A stretch of 64,000 nt of DNA from Eledone cirrhosa. Lineage: Eukaryota. Of the stretch, positions 1-12,521 are shown piece by piece. Below the pieces are notes generated by a model, which was not told the DNA's origin, ran no database searches, and saw only the letters and a program-made list of their open reading frames with translations. The stretch covers positions 124,001-188,000 of the forward strand of contig CAXHJY010001444.1 of assembly GCA_964016885.1 (NCBI GenBank), in the 5' to 3' direction. Every line of letters begins with the position of its first letter. Position 1 is the first letter of the stretch. Position numbers and translations under genes: made by a program.

Positions 1-714
1 TCTTATGCTCAGTCTCTCTCTCAATTCATTTATGCTTTGTCGGTCGCGTATATTACTATTACACATCCATCGGAGCATGCAGGCTTCGTTTCTCTCTAAT
101 CTACGTAAGTCTTCCACCTTCAGTGCCCAGGTCTCACTACCATGTAACATTGCTGTTCGGATACACGCATCATACAGTCTGCCTTTCATTTTGAGGGAGA
201 AGCCTTTTGCAGCTAACAGTGGCAGTAGTTCCCTGAACTTCTTCCATCCTGTTCTTACCCTAGTTATTGTACTTTCTGAACACCCACCTCCGCTGCTAAT
301 TCGGTCACCTAGGTAGCAGAAGCTGTCTACTGTTTCTACAGAGCCCTCCCAGAGATTGGTGGTACTTGTTTCCTGTGGCTGCTTGCTACTTGCTGTCCCA
401 GCACAGCTGCTGCATGTGAAGCCTATATTCTTAATTAAGCTTCCTGAGATACCGTTACATCTCTTGTGTACCCATTGTTTGCATTTGGGGCAGAGAATGG
501 AGTTCCTACCTACACCTTTCCTATATACTGAGCAAGGCCATTTCCCTGAGGGGATCTGGGTTGTGTTTTCTCGTCTACTTACAAGGACCTTAGTCTTTGT
601 CATGTTGACTTTGAGACCCTTTCTTTCTAGTCCCTGCTTCCAAGTTTGGAATTTCTTCTCTAGTTCTACCATAGATTCAGCTATAAGTGCGAGGTCATCA
701 GCATACAGGAGTTC

Positions 715-717
<3 letters not shown>
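1..717 (-). mobile_element. RTE-clade LINE, 5'-truncated RT C-terminal half, with an in-frame PHD-like Cys/His insert
   Basis: Manual minus-strand translation is open: WELLYADDLALIAES...GLKVNMTKTKVLVS...WPCSVYRKGVGRNSILCPKCKQWVHKRC...FTCSSC...VDSFCYLGD...WKKFRELLPLL...KGRLYDACIRTAMLHGSETW...MLRWMC. It stops at a (TA)n array and continues off the window start. Confidence 0.9.
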
Positions 718-799
<82 letters not shown>

Positions 800-1021
800 A
801 TATACATAGCTTGTCTGCGCTAAAGGTGCCGCGAAGACCTCAGATCAAAGCAATACTCAATACATGCTATAATGCAGAGTGGGTATATTAGTGAGGTAGA
901 GGATCCACCACGAATTATCTCATGTTTCGTGCTGTGTATGATGGAATGATGCTTACATTTCGTAATTCGTTCTTTTCACAGCAAAGGCTACTAATTCAAA
1001 TACACGGTCTGTTCTATCATA

Positions 1022-1081
<60 letters not shown>

Positions 1082-1372
1082 GTGTGTGTGTGTGTGTGTA
1101 TGTGTGTGTGTGTGTGCGCGAGTGTGCGAGTGTGTGTACGTTTTCTTAAGGCGAATTAACAACTCTGTCATATAAGAATATATTGGATTTTGTATAGACC
1201 AAATATAATTTTGCTATAAAGTAATTTAGTAATTGAAAGCTGAAGCTAAGAAATAGAAACAGTAAAAGTGTCGTCAAGCAACGGAATTATTGCGATTTAA
1301 ATCTATTTATCACCATAGTATATTATAGAATAAATCTATAGAGTCTAGATTCCTTGTACGTGTAAACTAACT

Positions 1373-1431
1373 GAAATTCCTTAGAAATTCCTTAGAAATT
1401 CCTTAGAAATTCCTTAGAAATTCATTAGAAA
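1373..1431. repeat. Minisatellite, ~5 copies of GAAATTCCTTA (11 bp)
   Basis: Direct reading of tandem units. Confidence 0.9.
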
Positions 1432-2544
1432 TATTGAACAGACATAATAAATTGTTGTGTCTTGTATATACAATGTCACCATGAACGAAGATCGTTTAAA
1501 CGTTATGTCCATATCAGCAACAGCTTACCTTTTTCTCAACTAACAGCTGTAACATTATATTCAACCCTTTCATTACCATGTTTCGAAGATAAGAGACTGC
1601 CTATGATTTTAAAATCATTTCGAAAGTAATCAAGAATTTGGAAAAATTTAGTAATATAATTTTTTCATAATTAAGCTGGTGTTTGGGTCAGAGGCAAGAG
1701 AATACTGTTAAATATATATCCGTATTGGTTATTTTGACATCGACAACATTACTGCATTAACAAAAAAAAAAAAGAATACATATATATTTCAAGAATGTCA
1801 CGTATAATATTACTTGTCCATGGTCTATATATGTAACATTCTAATTACTGAACACAATAAAAGCCATAATCTATTATAGGTCTTTCCGTGGTCGAAGAAT
1901 TATACTACCGTTCAAGAACAGGCGTTTGATTTAATCAACTTTTCCTTTACCCAAATCCCCTGACCTTGTACCTAAATTAAAAATCCGTATTCAGGGCTTC
2001 GTAAAAATCTGAAAGATCAGCTAACGATATTTGTTGACTTTTAAAAGCTGTGGTTCAGCTATCTAATCTCAAACGTTAAACGTTGTCATGGTTTAAAAGA
2101 CTTCATATTTGTCGATGACAACATTTTTACCGTTCTTCATCCTATTTTATAAGCTATTTTGTAGCATCCCCGTGCATAAGCACTCCATTCTTTATATCGT
2201 TTTATATATTTGGTGATTATAAAAGACATGGGTATTTTACGTCGCATATTTTCATCTACTAAACAAGGAATGTATTGTTTCTATTTTTTAGAGAATATAA
2301 ACCTAATATTAGTGATAAAAATTACAAGAGTAGTGATAAAAAATATACTATATTTTTTACATGTTTCCGTCATTAGACTGAAGCCAAGCTAAGGCACCAC
2401 ATAAAAGAATGTTAGGCAATCTTATCGATCCCAGTACATATTATTTTAATGTCTGCTACTTATTTCGTGTACCTCTACCAATAAACGAGACATAAACAAA
2501 CAATAAGCGTACACACAGACATATACACACACACACACACACAC

Positions 2545-2619
<75 letters not shown>

Positions 2620-2813
2620 TATACACATACACAACAGGCTTCTAAAGAGTCTCTAAATCACATATCATTTGACAACCCAAAGCTATAGTAGAAAACCCCT
2701 GTTCAAGGTGCCACAGAGTGAGACTGAACCCGAAACCATGTGGTTAAGAAGCGAACCCCTTACTCACTTGCAGCTATGTATATTACTCGCAGCTCTCTCT
2801 CTCTCTCTCTCTC

Positions 2814-2861
<48 letters not shown>

Positions 2862-2865
<4 letters not shown>

Positions 2866-3040
2866 CTGAGTGTTCGAATATTAATAATAATATTAACAGA
2901 CCGGCTGATCAGTCAGATCTACTGACATGGCTTTAAAAAAGAGGCTGTTTGCATAATTGCAAACGAATCGGATATTATTATTAATATTCGAAAAATCAGA
3001 TTACATTTATTGTATTCAGCGATGTAGAGAGAAAATACTT
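2862..3040 (+). mobile_element. PLE terminal fragment with short inverted copy of its 3' end (same family as 8789-9187)
   Basis: TAATCTGAGTGTTCGAATATTAATAATAATAT at the left is the reverse complement of ATATTATTATTAATATTCGAAAAATCAGATTA near the right end. The body matches 9103-9187; (TA)n lies on the left and shortly after the right end. Confidence 0.65.
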
Positions 3041-4990
3041 AAAAAAAAAAAAAGAATATATATATATATATATATATGTTTCTTTCTTTCATTTAGTTGA
3101 ACTGAGACATTTTTCACTTGTTTTTCTTTTCTATTGGTGCCATGATTTATAGCAATGTCTAGATCAAAGATAGCATGGTGTCAAACGAAGATCATATACA
3201 GCAACTGACAATTCAATGTAATGGAAGGGTATATTAAAAGATTAGTGTTGTGTGTTTAGAATAGATTATAAGCTTTTGGTTTCTGAACATCATAAATAAT
3301 GTTCCTATTGTTTGGTAGTTGACACACTTATTAAGGTGGAACTAATTCATACAAGAACATTAGACAGAGACAATAACCTTCAAGTAGAAGAGATACGGCG
3401 CTAATATCATCTATAGAATATTTCTTTTCCTGCTTACAAGAATGTAAATTTCCATAGGTGAGGGAAAACAAAACTATGATGTCCGTATATTTTTTTAGAT
3501 AAAAAGAAAGGGTTTCGATAGGACACCAAAACAGAGTGTTTCACATATATATTTTTTATACTGATTGCTGTCATTTTTATACATAACAACCTACACCATA
3601 CTTTTCTTCAGTAGATAAAATCTATGAAGAATGAATCACATGGCTTTGTGGTTAGGGTGTTGACCTGACGTGCATGATGTCGGGAGTTCGATTTCCGTGT
3701 TGGGAGGCACGTCATATTTTGGAGCAAGATACTGTATTTCACGTTTCTACATACACTCAGCTTGAGTAGCAACGTTAATGATGTGACGTTTTATCAGTGT
3801 TTACCTTTACGTTGGACAACATTTGTGTTGTGAAGCATGGGTGATTGACGATATTCCGCAACACATTGTTGTCCAGGCTTATGTTTTGGAGAAGTACTCT
3901 AGAGGTGCAAAACCATAGTTAGACACAACCAATGGTGGCCTACTACTTAATTTATGGCTTTGTTTAACAAGCTGTCATTCCAAAGAAATAGAGTCCAGTA
4001 TACGAGTGTTAATTCGCCAACATACCTTCTCTATAACAATCCTATTTTCGGAGAATGGCAGATTCGTTATAGCGTTGGATTAAAGGCCTCACAATTTGTA
4101 CTGGCTTCCAAAGCGATGAGCTTAAATACCATTGAAGTCTTGTTTACCTTTCATTTTTATTTGTGGTCGATAAATAAATTATCTGTTTTGGGGTGGTGAA
4201 TTGGTGGAATTGATCTAGAGTCAAACGGAGTGTATTGTAATGTCTGATCCGGCTCTGTGCATTCAGAGTGAAAATCCTAACTATTTCTGTCAAGAGTTGC
4301 GCGCTGGAGACAGTATCAGCAATAGGAAGAGCAATGGAAGCGTTGTTTCCATGTTCCGAACAGGTGACCAACTCCTTTCCTATATTAGTCTTACTTCTTC
4401 TGTATCTTATTGTAACGCCACTAGAATACTACTATAAATGCATGTATCAAAGGTGGAGGTGATACGAAACCAGCAAGCTCCGAAGAGTCTAGACGATTGA
4501 AGTAGCAGTAGAAAAGACTAAGAGAGGAGACAACTTATTTGTAGGGTAGGGTATGTCTATGTGTCATTATAGCAATGAGTCTGTTGTCTAGGATGTCTTT
4601 ATATGTATAAGACGTTAGTCAATTTGAATCTCCCTTAACCTTGTAAAGGGATTAATTCTTGTTATTAACCATATATGAAATATTTCAAATATCTTTTGTT
4701 ATATATAATTGAATATTTCTCTTCTTTTTTAAGGAACTTCTATTGGAAACTAACAACTGTGGTAAGTATTATTCTTTTGTATACTCCCAGTAATTAACTC
4801 CAGTAGTTCATTTGATCAGAATTGAACACTGACACAAACACAACCATAGTCATATTGACACACACTCATATATAAATGAATGTCTCCAAAACGGCTGACT
4901 GAATACGAACATGTGTCTTTCTTTTCTCCTTTTTCGTTCCTCCTTCCTCTCGCTCTTTACCTCCTTATTTTATATTTTATTTCTCATTTT

Positions 4991-5028
4991 ATCTTCTGAT
5001 GAAGAACGAGTGCCCAAAACATTAAGAT
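4991..5028 (+). ncRNA. Degenerate minimal type I hammerhead ribozyme (PLE pLTR relic)
   Basis: ATCTT-CTGATGA-agaacgagtgccc-AAAAC-ATT-AAGAT. Stem I is intact; GAAAC, the cleavage triplet and stem II are mutated. Confidence 0.5.
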
Positions 5029-5184
5029 TCTTTTCCTATTATTTCAAGCGTTAAACTAATATATATCATTGTGCTGTGCCCTTTGCTTTGTTATTTCAGT
5101 TTAGCTTTTGCATTCATACATACATGATATCTGCAACTTGATTTCGAGTAATGCCATCGCTTGATACTTAAGCATGAACATTAC

Positions 5185-5440
5185 ATACGTGCCCTTTTAC
5201 ACCTGCTAGGGACTTCCCTATGGCCAATAATACCATGCATCGCAAAAAATGTCACATGTTAAGCGATGCCTGTGCTTGAACATTTTTTAAGTGAGAAATG
5301 CTTTGCACGGAGCCAACACCACTCTCTTTCCAAAAAGAATTGGTCTACATCATTGGATTCAAACGAAGTCGTAGGTTTTATATCAGATTGATCTTCTAGA
5401 GAGATGCCTCAATGAAGACTAGGAGTCTCTCATACCTCAA
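5185..5440 (+). repeat. Unclassified interspersed repeat (copies at 6895-7152 minus; related sequence ~52780-53046)
   Basis: Shared AAGCGATGCCTGTGCTTGAA...TTTGCACGGAGCCAA...CACTCTCT...TACATCATTGGAT blocks. Confidence 0.65.
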
Positions 5441-5475
5441 AAAACAACAACAAATTATTCAAAGGCCATTGTCTC

Positions 5476-5541
<66 letters not shown>

Positions 5542-5598
5542 GTATGTATATATGTATATACATACGTACATACATATATATATATGTATGTATGAGAC

Positions 5599-5636
<38 letters not shown>

Positions 5637-5893
5637 TATATTTAAAAAAAATATATATATATATACTAATTGATTAATGAAATTACACTACCACAAACGT
5701 CTTGTACATCTATGGTAGTGCAATATCGTGTGACACACTATCTTACTCAATGATAACAGAAAGTAATATTAGAAACAAGAGTATACTCATTCAGGTTTAG
5801 TAGTGTAGTGACAATGAACAACTCAGTAAGGGTTATCGATTAAATTAATACAACCAATTAATTTAAAAAATATTAAAAATATTAATATATACC

Positions 5894-6033
5894 CAAACTA
5901 CCACTGGTTTCACCGATAACAAACTGTTAGTAGCAGTTATGTAAATAACTTTAATTAACTTTAAATAAGTGCATATTCTAACAGCCTGTTGTATAACAAC
6001 CTTTAATTATCATACATATCGTCAGTGAATTTG
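5894..6033 (-). ncRNA. Candidate hammerhead ribozyme with long stem II (degenerate)
   Basis: Minus strand: CTGACGA...AACAGGCTGTTAG/CTAACAGTTTGTT 13-bp helix...GAAAC-cagtg-GTA. Stem I (CAAAT/GTTTG) is offset by 3 nt. It lies by a diverged direct repeat (~5750-5900 vs ~6212-6392). Confidence 0.45.
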
Positions 6034-6396
6034 TCCAGTAAATAAAACGGAAAACTGGATATTTTTCAGGTATCTGACATGCTTAAAAGAAGCACTAAAC
6101 TATAATTACTACTATGAGTAAAATATACGAACAGATCCAGGAAATCCCACTATCACAATATAGTTCGTGCATATATGACAGTATAATAAAGTGCCCTACA
6201 TTATTTTAATCAATAACTGAAATGAATTTCAGAAACAGAGTATACTCGAACAGTTGTAGTAGTGTGGTGGCAATAAGGGGACAAATCAATGAAGTTTATC
6301 AATAAAATTAATACAACGAATAACAGCAAACTAATAAGTCAAATCAATTAATAAAAAATATCAAAAATATTGATATATTCCCAAATACATACTAAA

Positions 6397-6510
6397 TGAA
6401 GGCGTGTGGTTAGAGAATTGGATTCGCAATCGTGAGGTTGTGAGTTCGATTCCCGGACCGGGCCATGCGTTATGTCCCTGAGCAAGACACTTTATTTCAC
6501 ATTGTTCCTT
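6397..6510 (+). mobile_element. tRNA-derived SINE, second family (related copies ~3635-3770, 43050-43325 minus, 44560-44700, 44843-45175)
   Basis: A-box-like GTGGTTAG, B-box GAGTTCGATTCCC, then TGAGCAAGACACTTTATTTCAC body. Confidence 0.75.
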
Positions 6511-6626
6511 CTACATGGAGTTGCGACCGATAGATAGTATTAGCAATTGGAAAGACCAATAGAAACATTGTTTCTTCGATCCGATTTGACGAAAGTTGAT
6601 CATTCCTTTATATATATTTATATACT

Positions 6627-6672
<46 letters not shown>

Positions 6673-6674
6673 TG

Positions 6675-6860
6675 TGTTAGGTCGCTCTTCAGCGCTACCG
6701 GTAACATGTAACCCAGTACAACATGTGCATGGTCGGGGTCGTCGGTGACTAAACCTGCAACCCCACTTGGTGAAGAGGGTGAATTTGGACACCTTGCGTG
6801 ATAAAAAAAAAACAAATCCCGGTAAAGGGCGAAGGAACCCAGGAGAGTCAATGGCCATCC
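6675..6860 (-). repeat. Unclassified interspersed repeat, second copy ~36200-36392 (+)
   Basis: Its reverse complement matches GGTGTCCAAA..CACCCTC..GGTGGGGTTGC..TTTAGTC..CCGACCATG..TTACATGTTACC..AAGAG.GACCT at 36200-36392. Confidence 0.65.
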
Positions 6861-7261
6861 TATATTTCTTTTTTTATTTTGTTTTTTTTTGTTAAGCGGG
6901 AGACACATAGTCTTCATTAAGACATCTCTCTAAGAGAAAGTCACTCTGATATAAAACCTGCGACTTAGTTTGCATCCAATGATGTAGACCAGTTCTTCTT
7001 TTGGGACAAATGCTTTCGATGTCAAGAGAGTGGGATTGGCTCCGTGCAAAACTTTCTTCACTTAAAAAAGCTTCAAGCACAGGCATCGCTTGATATGTGA
7101 CATTTTTCCTGGCCATAGGCAAGTCCTTAGCACGACTAAAAAGCCACGTATACAGATATGTATTGGAATTTCATATTTCTAAAGGAATACAGTATGTTTA
7201 TAAATAAACATACCGTATTCCTTTAGAAATACGAAATTCCAATATATATATATATATATAT

Positions 7262-8551
7262 AGTAATAATAATAAAATTGAAGACTAAAATCCAAAGAGG
7301 GCTCGATCAGGAAAATATATATCAAATATATAAGAACCGTAGAGCAAATATTTATTAAAATAATAGATTAAAGTTTAAGCAAAGAATCGCTGCTTTCACC
7401 CTTAACGGGATCTTCTGAAACTAACAAAGTCAATCTGTAAACGCAGAACTGGATATTTCAAAAAACGTTGCAACCGGAGGAAGACAGGAAGACGATACTT
7501 TGGTTCGTGGTTATGTTCGCTGGCAAAGAACGGGAAAAAACGAATAATACGTCATTAATAGGAGCGGTGAAAAACAATTACGCGCAAAGATAAAACCACG
7601 TTTATGGTATAAAAGAGGTCGTAGACTAATGTTCTCTTAGGTGGTGCATAGAAACGTTCTTTGGCAATGAACGAAAAAACGAAGATAATAAGTCATATGT
7701 GGAGCGTGGAGAACAATAGCACGCAAAGACAAAACCACGTAAATGGTATAGCAGAAATCGTAGACTAAAATTCTAACTAGGAGACCAAATGAATCTCCGC
7801 TACAGAGTTAAGAACAAAGTAAATAAATACAATACAGAGATAATAGAAACAAATAAATACATACACGCAAACAGATACGTACATACACAAGCATACGCAA
7901 AACCTTACCATGGGTATACAAAACCACGCACATATAAATATGTGTGTGTGTGTATGCTTGTGTACAAATAAATAAATAATTATATAAACGTATATAAGTA
8001 AATAAATACGTATATAACAAGCGCACACGCATACCTACATATAAATACACGAATGTTCGGAGACGTAAGTCAACTAAAACAAGAAGTACACATATACACA
8101 CACCCACCATACGTACAACTCTGTAGCGGAGATTCATTTGGTCTCCTAGTTAGAATTTTAGTCTACGATTTCTGCTATACGTGGTTTTGTCTTTGCGTGC
8201 TATTGTTCTCCACGATCCACATATGACTTATTATCTTCGTTTTTTCGTTCATTGCCAGAGAACGTCTCTATGCACCACCTAAGAGAACATTAGTCTACGA
8301 CCTCTTTTATACCATAAACGTGGTTTTGTCTTTGCGCGTAATTGTTTTTCACCGCTCCTATTAATGACGTATTATTCGTTTTTTCCCGTTCTTTGCCAGC
8401 GAACCAAAGTATCGTCTTCCTGTCTTCCCCCGGTTGCAACGTTTTTTGAAATATCCAGTTCTGCGTTTACAGATTGACTTTGTTAGTTTCAGAAGATCCC
8501 GTTAAGGGTGAAAGCAGCGATTCTTTGCTTAAACTTTAATCTGTTATTTTA

Positions 8552-8559
<8 letters not shown>
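7262..8559. mobile_element. Non-coding PLE pLTR insertion with inverted arms (7348-7809 / 8117-8559), flanked by (TA)n
   Basis: Arms are reverse complements (small deletions in the right arm) around a ~307 bp spacer. Each arm carries an HHR-like motif. Same family as 14837-15547. Confidence 0.8.
8485..8535 (+). ncRNA. Hammerhead-like motif with CAGAAGA (U4A) core; copies 7372-7422 (-), 14855-14905 (-), 15385-15435 (+, G8A)
   Basis: AGTTT-CAGAAGA-tCCC gttaa GGGt-GAA-AGCA gcgattctt TGCT-T-AAACT. Stems I, II and III all pair; cleavage triplet CUU. Confidence 0.6.
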
Positions 8560-8597
<38 letters not shown>

Positions 8598-8607
8598 TAT
8601 ATATACA

Positions 8608-8673
<66 letters not shown>

Positions 8674-8715
8674 GTTATCCATGTGCAACCTGCAGTACTC
8701 TTCTCCCCATTTTTT

Positions 8716-8756
<41 letters not shown>

Positions 8757-8788
8757 AAAAAGATGAAACCGAAAATGCAACTGGCGTC

Positions 8789-9187
8789 TTATGCAAACCA
8801 GCCTCATTTTTAAAGCCATATCAGTAAGACTCCAGGAAACTGACTGGCCAGTCTGTTGATATACAAATCTGGCTGATCAGTGGATCTGCTAATATGCAGA
8901 TCTAACTGATCAGCCAGTCTGCTAATATGCAAATCAGGCCGATCAGTTACTCTATATTTTAGAAAATATCATATATTTTCACTAGCTCTGACAGTTGGCG
9001 GGTGAACAGTAAACTGTACTGATGAAGGGTAATACTCAGAAACATTAGTGTCTGCAGTTCCGTTTACATGCCAACACAAGAGCAATAATGAGGGGCTCAT
9101 TCTACTGATATGACTTTAAAAATGAGGCTGGTTTGCATAATTGCAAACGAATCAAATATTATTAATATTCGAAAACCTCAGATTACA
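8789..9187 (+). mobile_element. PLE pLTR fragment with 38-bp inverted 5' copy (8789-8826 vs 9103-9140)
   Basis: TTATGCAAACCAGCCTCATTTTTAAAGCCATATCAGTA versus TACTGATATGACTTTAAAAATGAGGCTGGTTTGCATAA. Contains an HHR at 9012-9059. Confidence 0.7.
9012..9059 (+). ncRNA. Minimal type I hammerhead ribozyme
   Basis: AACTGTA-CTGATGA-aGGGTaatACTCa-GAAAC-attagt-GTC-TGCAGTT. Canonical core, GUC site, near-palindromic stem III typical of PLE HHRs. Confidence 0.85.
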
Positions 9188-10069
9188 TATATATAATAAC
9201 TAGAAATTGATTAACATATAAATAAACATGAATAATCACATAAACAAACATGAATAATCTTAGAACTTATTTTGCGGGTGATATGGCGCATGTCTTTCTG
9301 GCATGACACCCATAATTTTGATTTAGATTAAATTCATTTGATTTATCTTAATTTTGGATATATATATATATATAGTTATGAATTTGAAAACTGAGGACAC
9401 AGCGCCATCTTCCAACAGAAGCTAAGGACGAGTAGCTAGTGATGATGACGTCATCATTTCTGATTCTGGTCGTTATCAAGCTAGCGCCCCTTGGCCCGCT
9501 CGCTGATGGAACTTAACATAAGCAAAAATATATAGTTTAGATGCCTATGTACATGGGCTGATCAGCCATATTTGCATATAGAGTATCGGCTGGAGGTCAC
9601 TTTCCCAATACGTTACACAATATTACTGAAGCCCAAAACACTTGGTTGAGAAGTGAAATCCTAAACCACACAGTCATATCTGCACCTAATATCATCAATA
9701 GGTTAGCCAAATAGTATGTTCCAATCTATTAAAACAACACTGTACAGCGCATGCTTTCTTATGCAAATTACATACAAAAATACTTAGGTGATAAATTACC
9801 AGAACGACTTAATGTCAACGCGGAAATGTCTAAATATATTTTACTAGAGAAATATATTAATTTCTCATATAGGCACGAGGCCATTGATTTATGGGAAGAG
9901 GGAATCGATTATATCGAATCCAGTACTTGAGTACTACTATATTTTATTGACATTGGAAGAATGAAATGCAAAGTTGACATAGAATATCATTATTGCTATG
10001 CTATTTCATATAGATCTGTTCTATTTCTCTTTTGAACCTAGGGCAATAGATGTTTTCATTGTAGAGAGA

Positions 10070-10610
10070 TAACTCGTCTGATCTTGCAGGGAAGAACGTT
10101 AAGGTGCAGCTCTGATTATGTGGGCATTAATCCTAGTGTTCCTATTACCTCAGGGATAGTGTTTGTGGTCATCCTCAATATGCCGTTGATCTCTACAAGT
10201 ATTTGTAGTTTGACAGTTTTTCCATTGTTTTTACTGATGTTTTCTTCTCAGCTGGTACAGCAATATTTATAACGCTACATGCCCGATCTGTTTATTTTTT
10301 ATGATAATATCTGGTCTGTTAGTAGCGATTTCTCAGTCAGTTATCACAGGCATATTCCACAAGGTGGATATGTTGCCATTTTCCATGACTGCTTTGGTTG
10401 ATGTTCATACCATTTGTCAGAGTTTGGGATGTCATTAAAGCAGCAGAGCATCCAGTGCACATATTTGGCATTGCAGTTGTGTCTTTCTATATAAGCAGTT
10501 TTTGCCAGCTCTGGACACGCGGAGATAACATGATCTACCGTGTCTTCATATTTGTAGCATATTCTGCATAGAAGGCTAGTCCCATCTTTTATTATTCTGT
10601 GTCTATATAA
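10070..10610 (-). mobile_element. R4/Dong-type (restriction-like endonuclease) LINE 3' fragment
   Basis: CRIC...TVDHVISACPELAKTAYIERHN...HWMLC zinc knuckle, followed by NRPDIII...IAVP...EK REL motif; frameshifts and stops. Confidence 0.8.
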
Positions 10611-11019
10611 CGGAAACAATACCAAAGGAAAAGGAAAACCAATAATAATAGTAATAATAATAATTATAGTAATATGAAGAGGTGGAATTTCGGTATTTTT
10701 CACCTCTCAGACTGAGTTGGCTGTAGTTTTCTAAATTATATCAAGATTAGACGGAAATTCCTCAGCATCGTATGCTTAAGAAGGTGAGGACGAAGTAGAT
10801 TTCTCCGTCCTCCTCGGAAATGAAACCGATGGTAGAAACACCAACAGAAAAAAAACAAGTAGGCGTACAAGATAATTAATTTGCCGATGTATGTAAGAAG
10901 CAGAGCCAAATTAATTAGCTCCGATTTCCGGTGTTTTCTCGACTTTTTTTTTTTTTTTTATTAGTGTTGTTATTTTTGGTTCTGGAACCTTTTCTATTAT
11001 ACAAACACACATGCATACA

Positions 11020-11097
<78 letters not shown>

Positions 11098-11901
11098 TGT
11101 GTATTCACATGTGTGTGTGTGCACGTATGTTTGTATGTGCGTGTGTGTCTTGTGTGTATGAGTGTGTGTATGCATGTGCAACATTGTTGTCCTAGATATC
11201 TGATAAGGAATAGCCAATAATATTCTCTATAGAATCATTCTATAGTACTTAGCACACTTTACACTGACGGATTCATACACACACACACACACATATATAT
11301 ATATAAATGTGTGTGTGTGTATCATACATGCACTTACACCATAAACATCAAACCCAACGTTGTCATTACATTATCATTAAAGCAGATTATTCCAATATAT
11401 GCCTGAAGGCCTATTCCTATTCGTTGGCGTTGATTGGACGACCTACTCAAGTTCTATATATGTTTACAACATGATGCGTCATGTACAGCTAAAATCTCTT
11501 GGAAAATATCAGTCTTTGCTGGTATTAAATACGCATATATATATGTATATAGGCGGATAGAATATTTTATGGTACTCCTTCTGGCTCTTGGCTCTCTCAG
11601 TTCAAATCCCGCCGAATTCAACTTTGCCTTTCATCCTTTCCAGGTCGATACAAAATGTACTAGTCTAGTACTGGGTCAATTCTTCCTATATATCTCTTTC
11701 TCATTTCCTCTCTCTTTCACTTACTATCTCTCTCTGGAAGAAATCTGCTGTACTCAGGCCTGGAGAGGGATGGGCTTTGCTAGGTTTAAAATGCTTAAGA
11801 TACGATGTATGTCAATACGGTGCCTCTACGACTCTGTCAGGAGTTACGGGACCAAACATATATACAAACATACGCACACACACATACACACATACACACA
11901 T

Positions 11902-12026
<125 letters not shown>

Positions 12027-12056
12027 TACATACATAAACACACACACACACACACA

Positions 12057-12093
<37 letters not shown>

Positions 12094-12314
12094 CCACGCA
12101 TATCTTTACTATCTCTAATCCTTCTATAGATTTAGAAAAATAACCAATAATATATTCTATAAAAAATGTCAAAACAACAGATGGGAATCTAATTACTCAC
12201 TGCCACCAAGAATTCTCACTGCTATCGAAAAACCACTCCTTCAACTATTCTTCTAACAACTTCACCCCTCCCTCCTAATATTCTCTATAAAAACTAAATA
12301 GGTCCTCAGTAATA

Positions 12315-12434
12315 TTATTCTGATGAAATGACAGTAAATAATAACATTGAAATATTGAATGTCTGCATAACTAAAAGTTTGTAGATAGCAGCTGTTTTAG
12401 GTTATGTAACTGTTATAGAAACACGTGTCAATAA
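12315..12434 (+). ncRNA. Type I hammerhead ribozyme with branched ~90-nt stem II
   Basis: TTATT-CTGATGA(12320)-a-ATGACAGT...ACTGTTAT-a-GAAAC(12418)-ACGT-GTC-AATAA. Palindromic ACACGTGT stem III; internal helices ACATT/AATGT and TGCATAAC/GTTATGTA. Confidence 0.75.
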
Positions 12435-12468
12435 ATTCCTTTCAACTAAACTGTATCCATTCAAATCT

Positions 12469-12517
<49 letters not shown>

Positions 12518-12521
<4 letters not shown>

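Noticed and set aside
5-823. Plus-strand ORFs 5-316 and 356-823, and plus ORFs over 32548-34883 and 50843-51467
   Set aside because: Antisense shadows of minus-strand retroelement ORFs.
1373-1431. Short repeat array as CRISPR
   Set aside because: Contiguous 11-bp units without spacers, in a eukaryotic context.
10700-10780. Minus-strand CTGAGGA...GAAAAC motif
   Set aside because: Stems I and III could not be paired.
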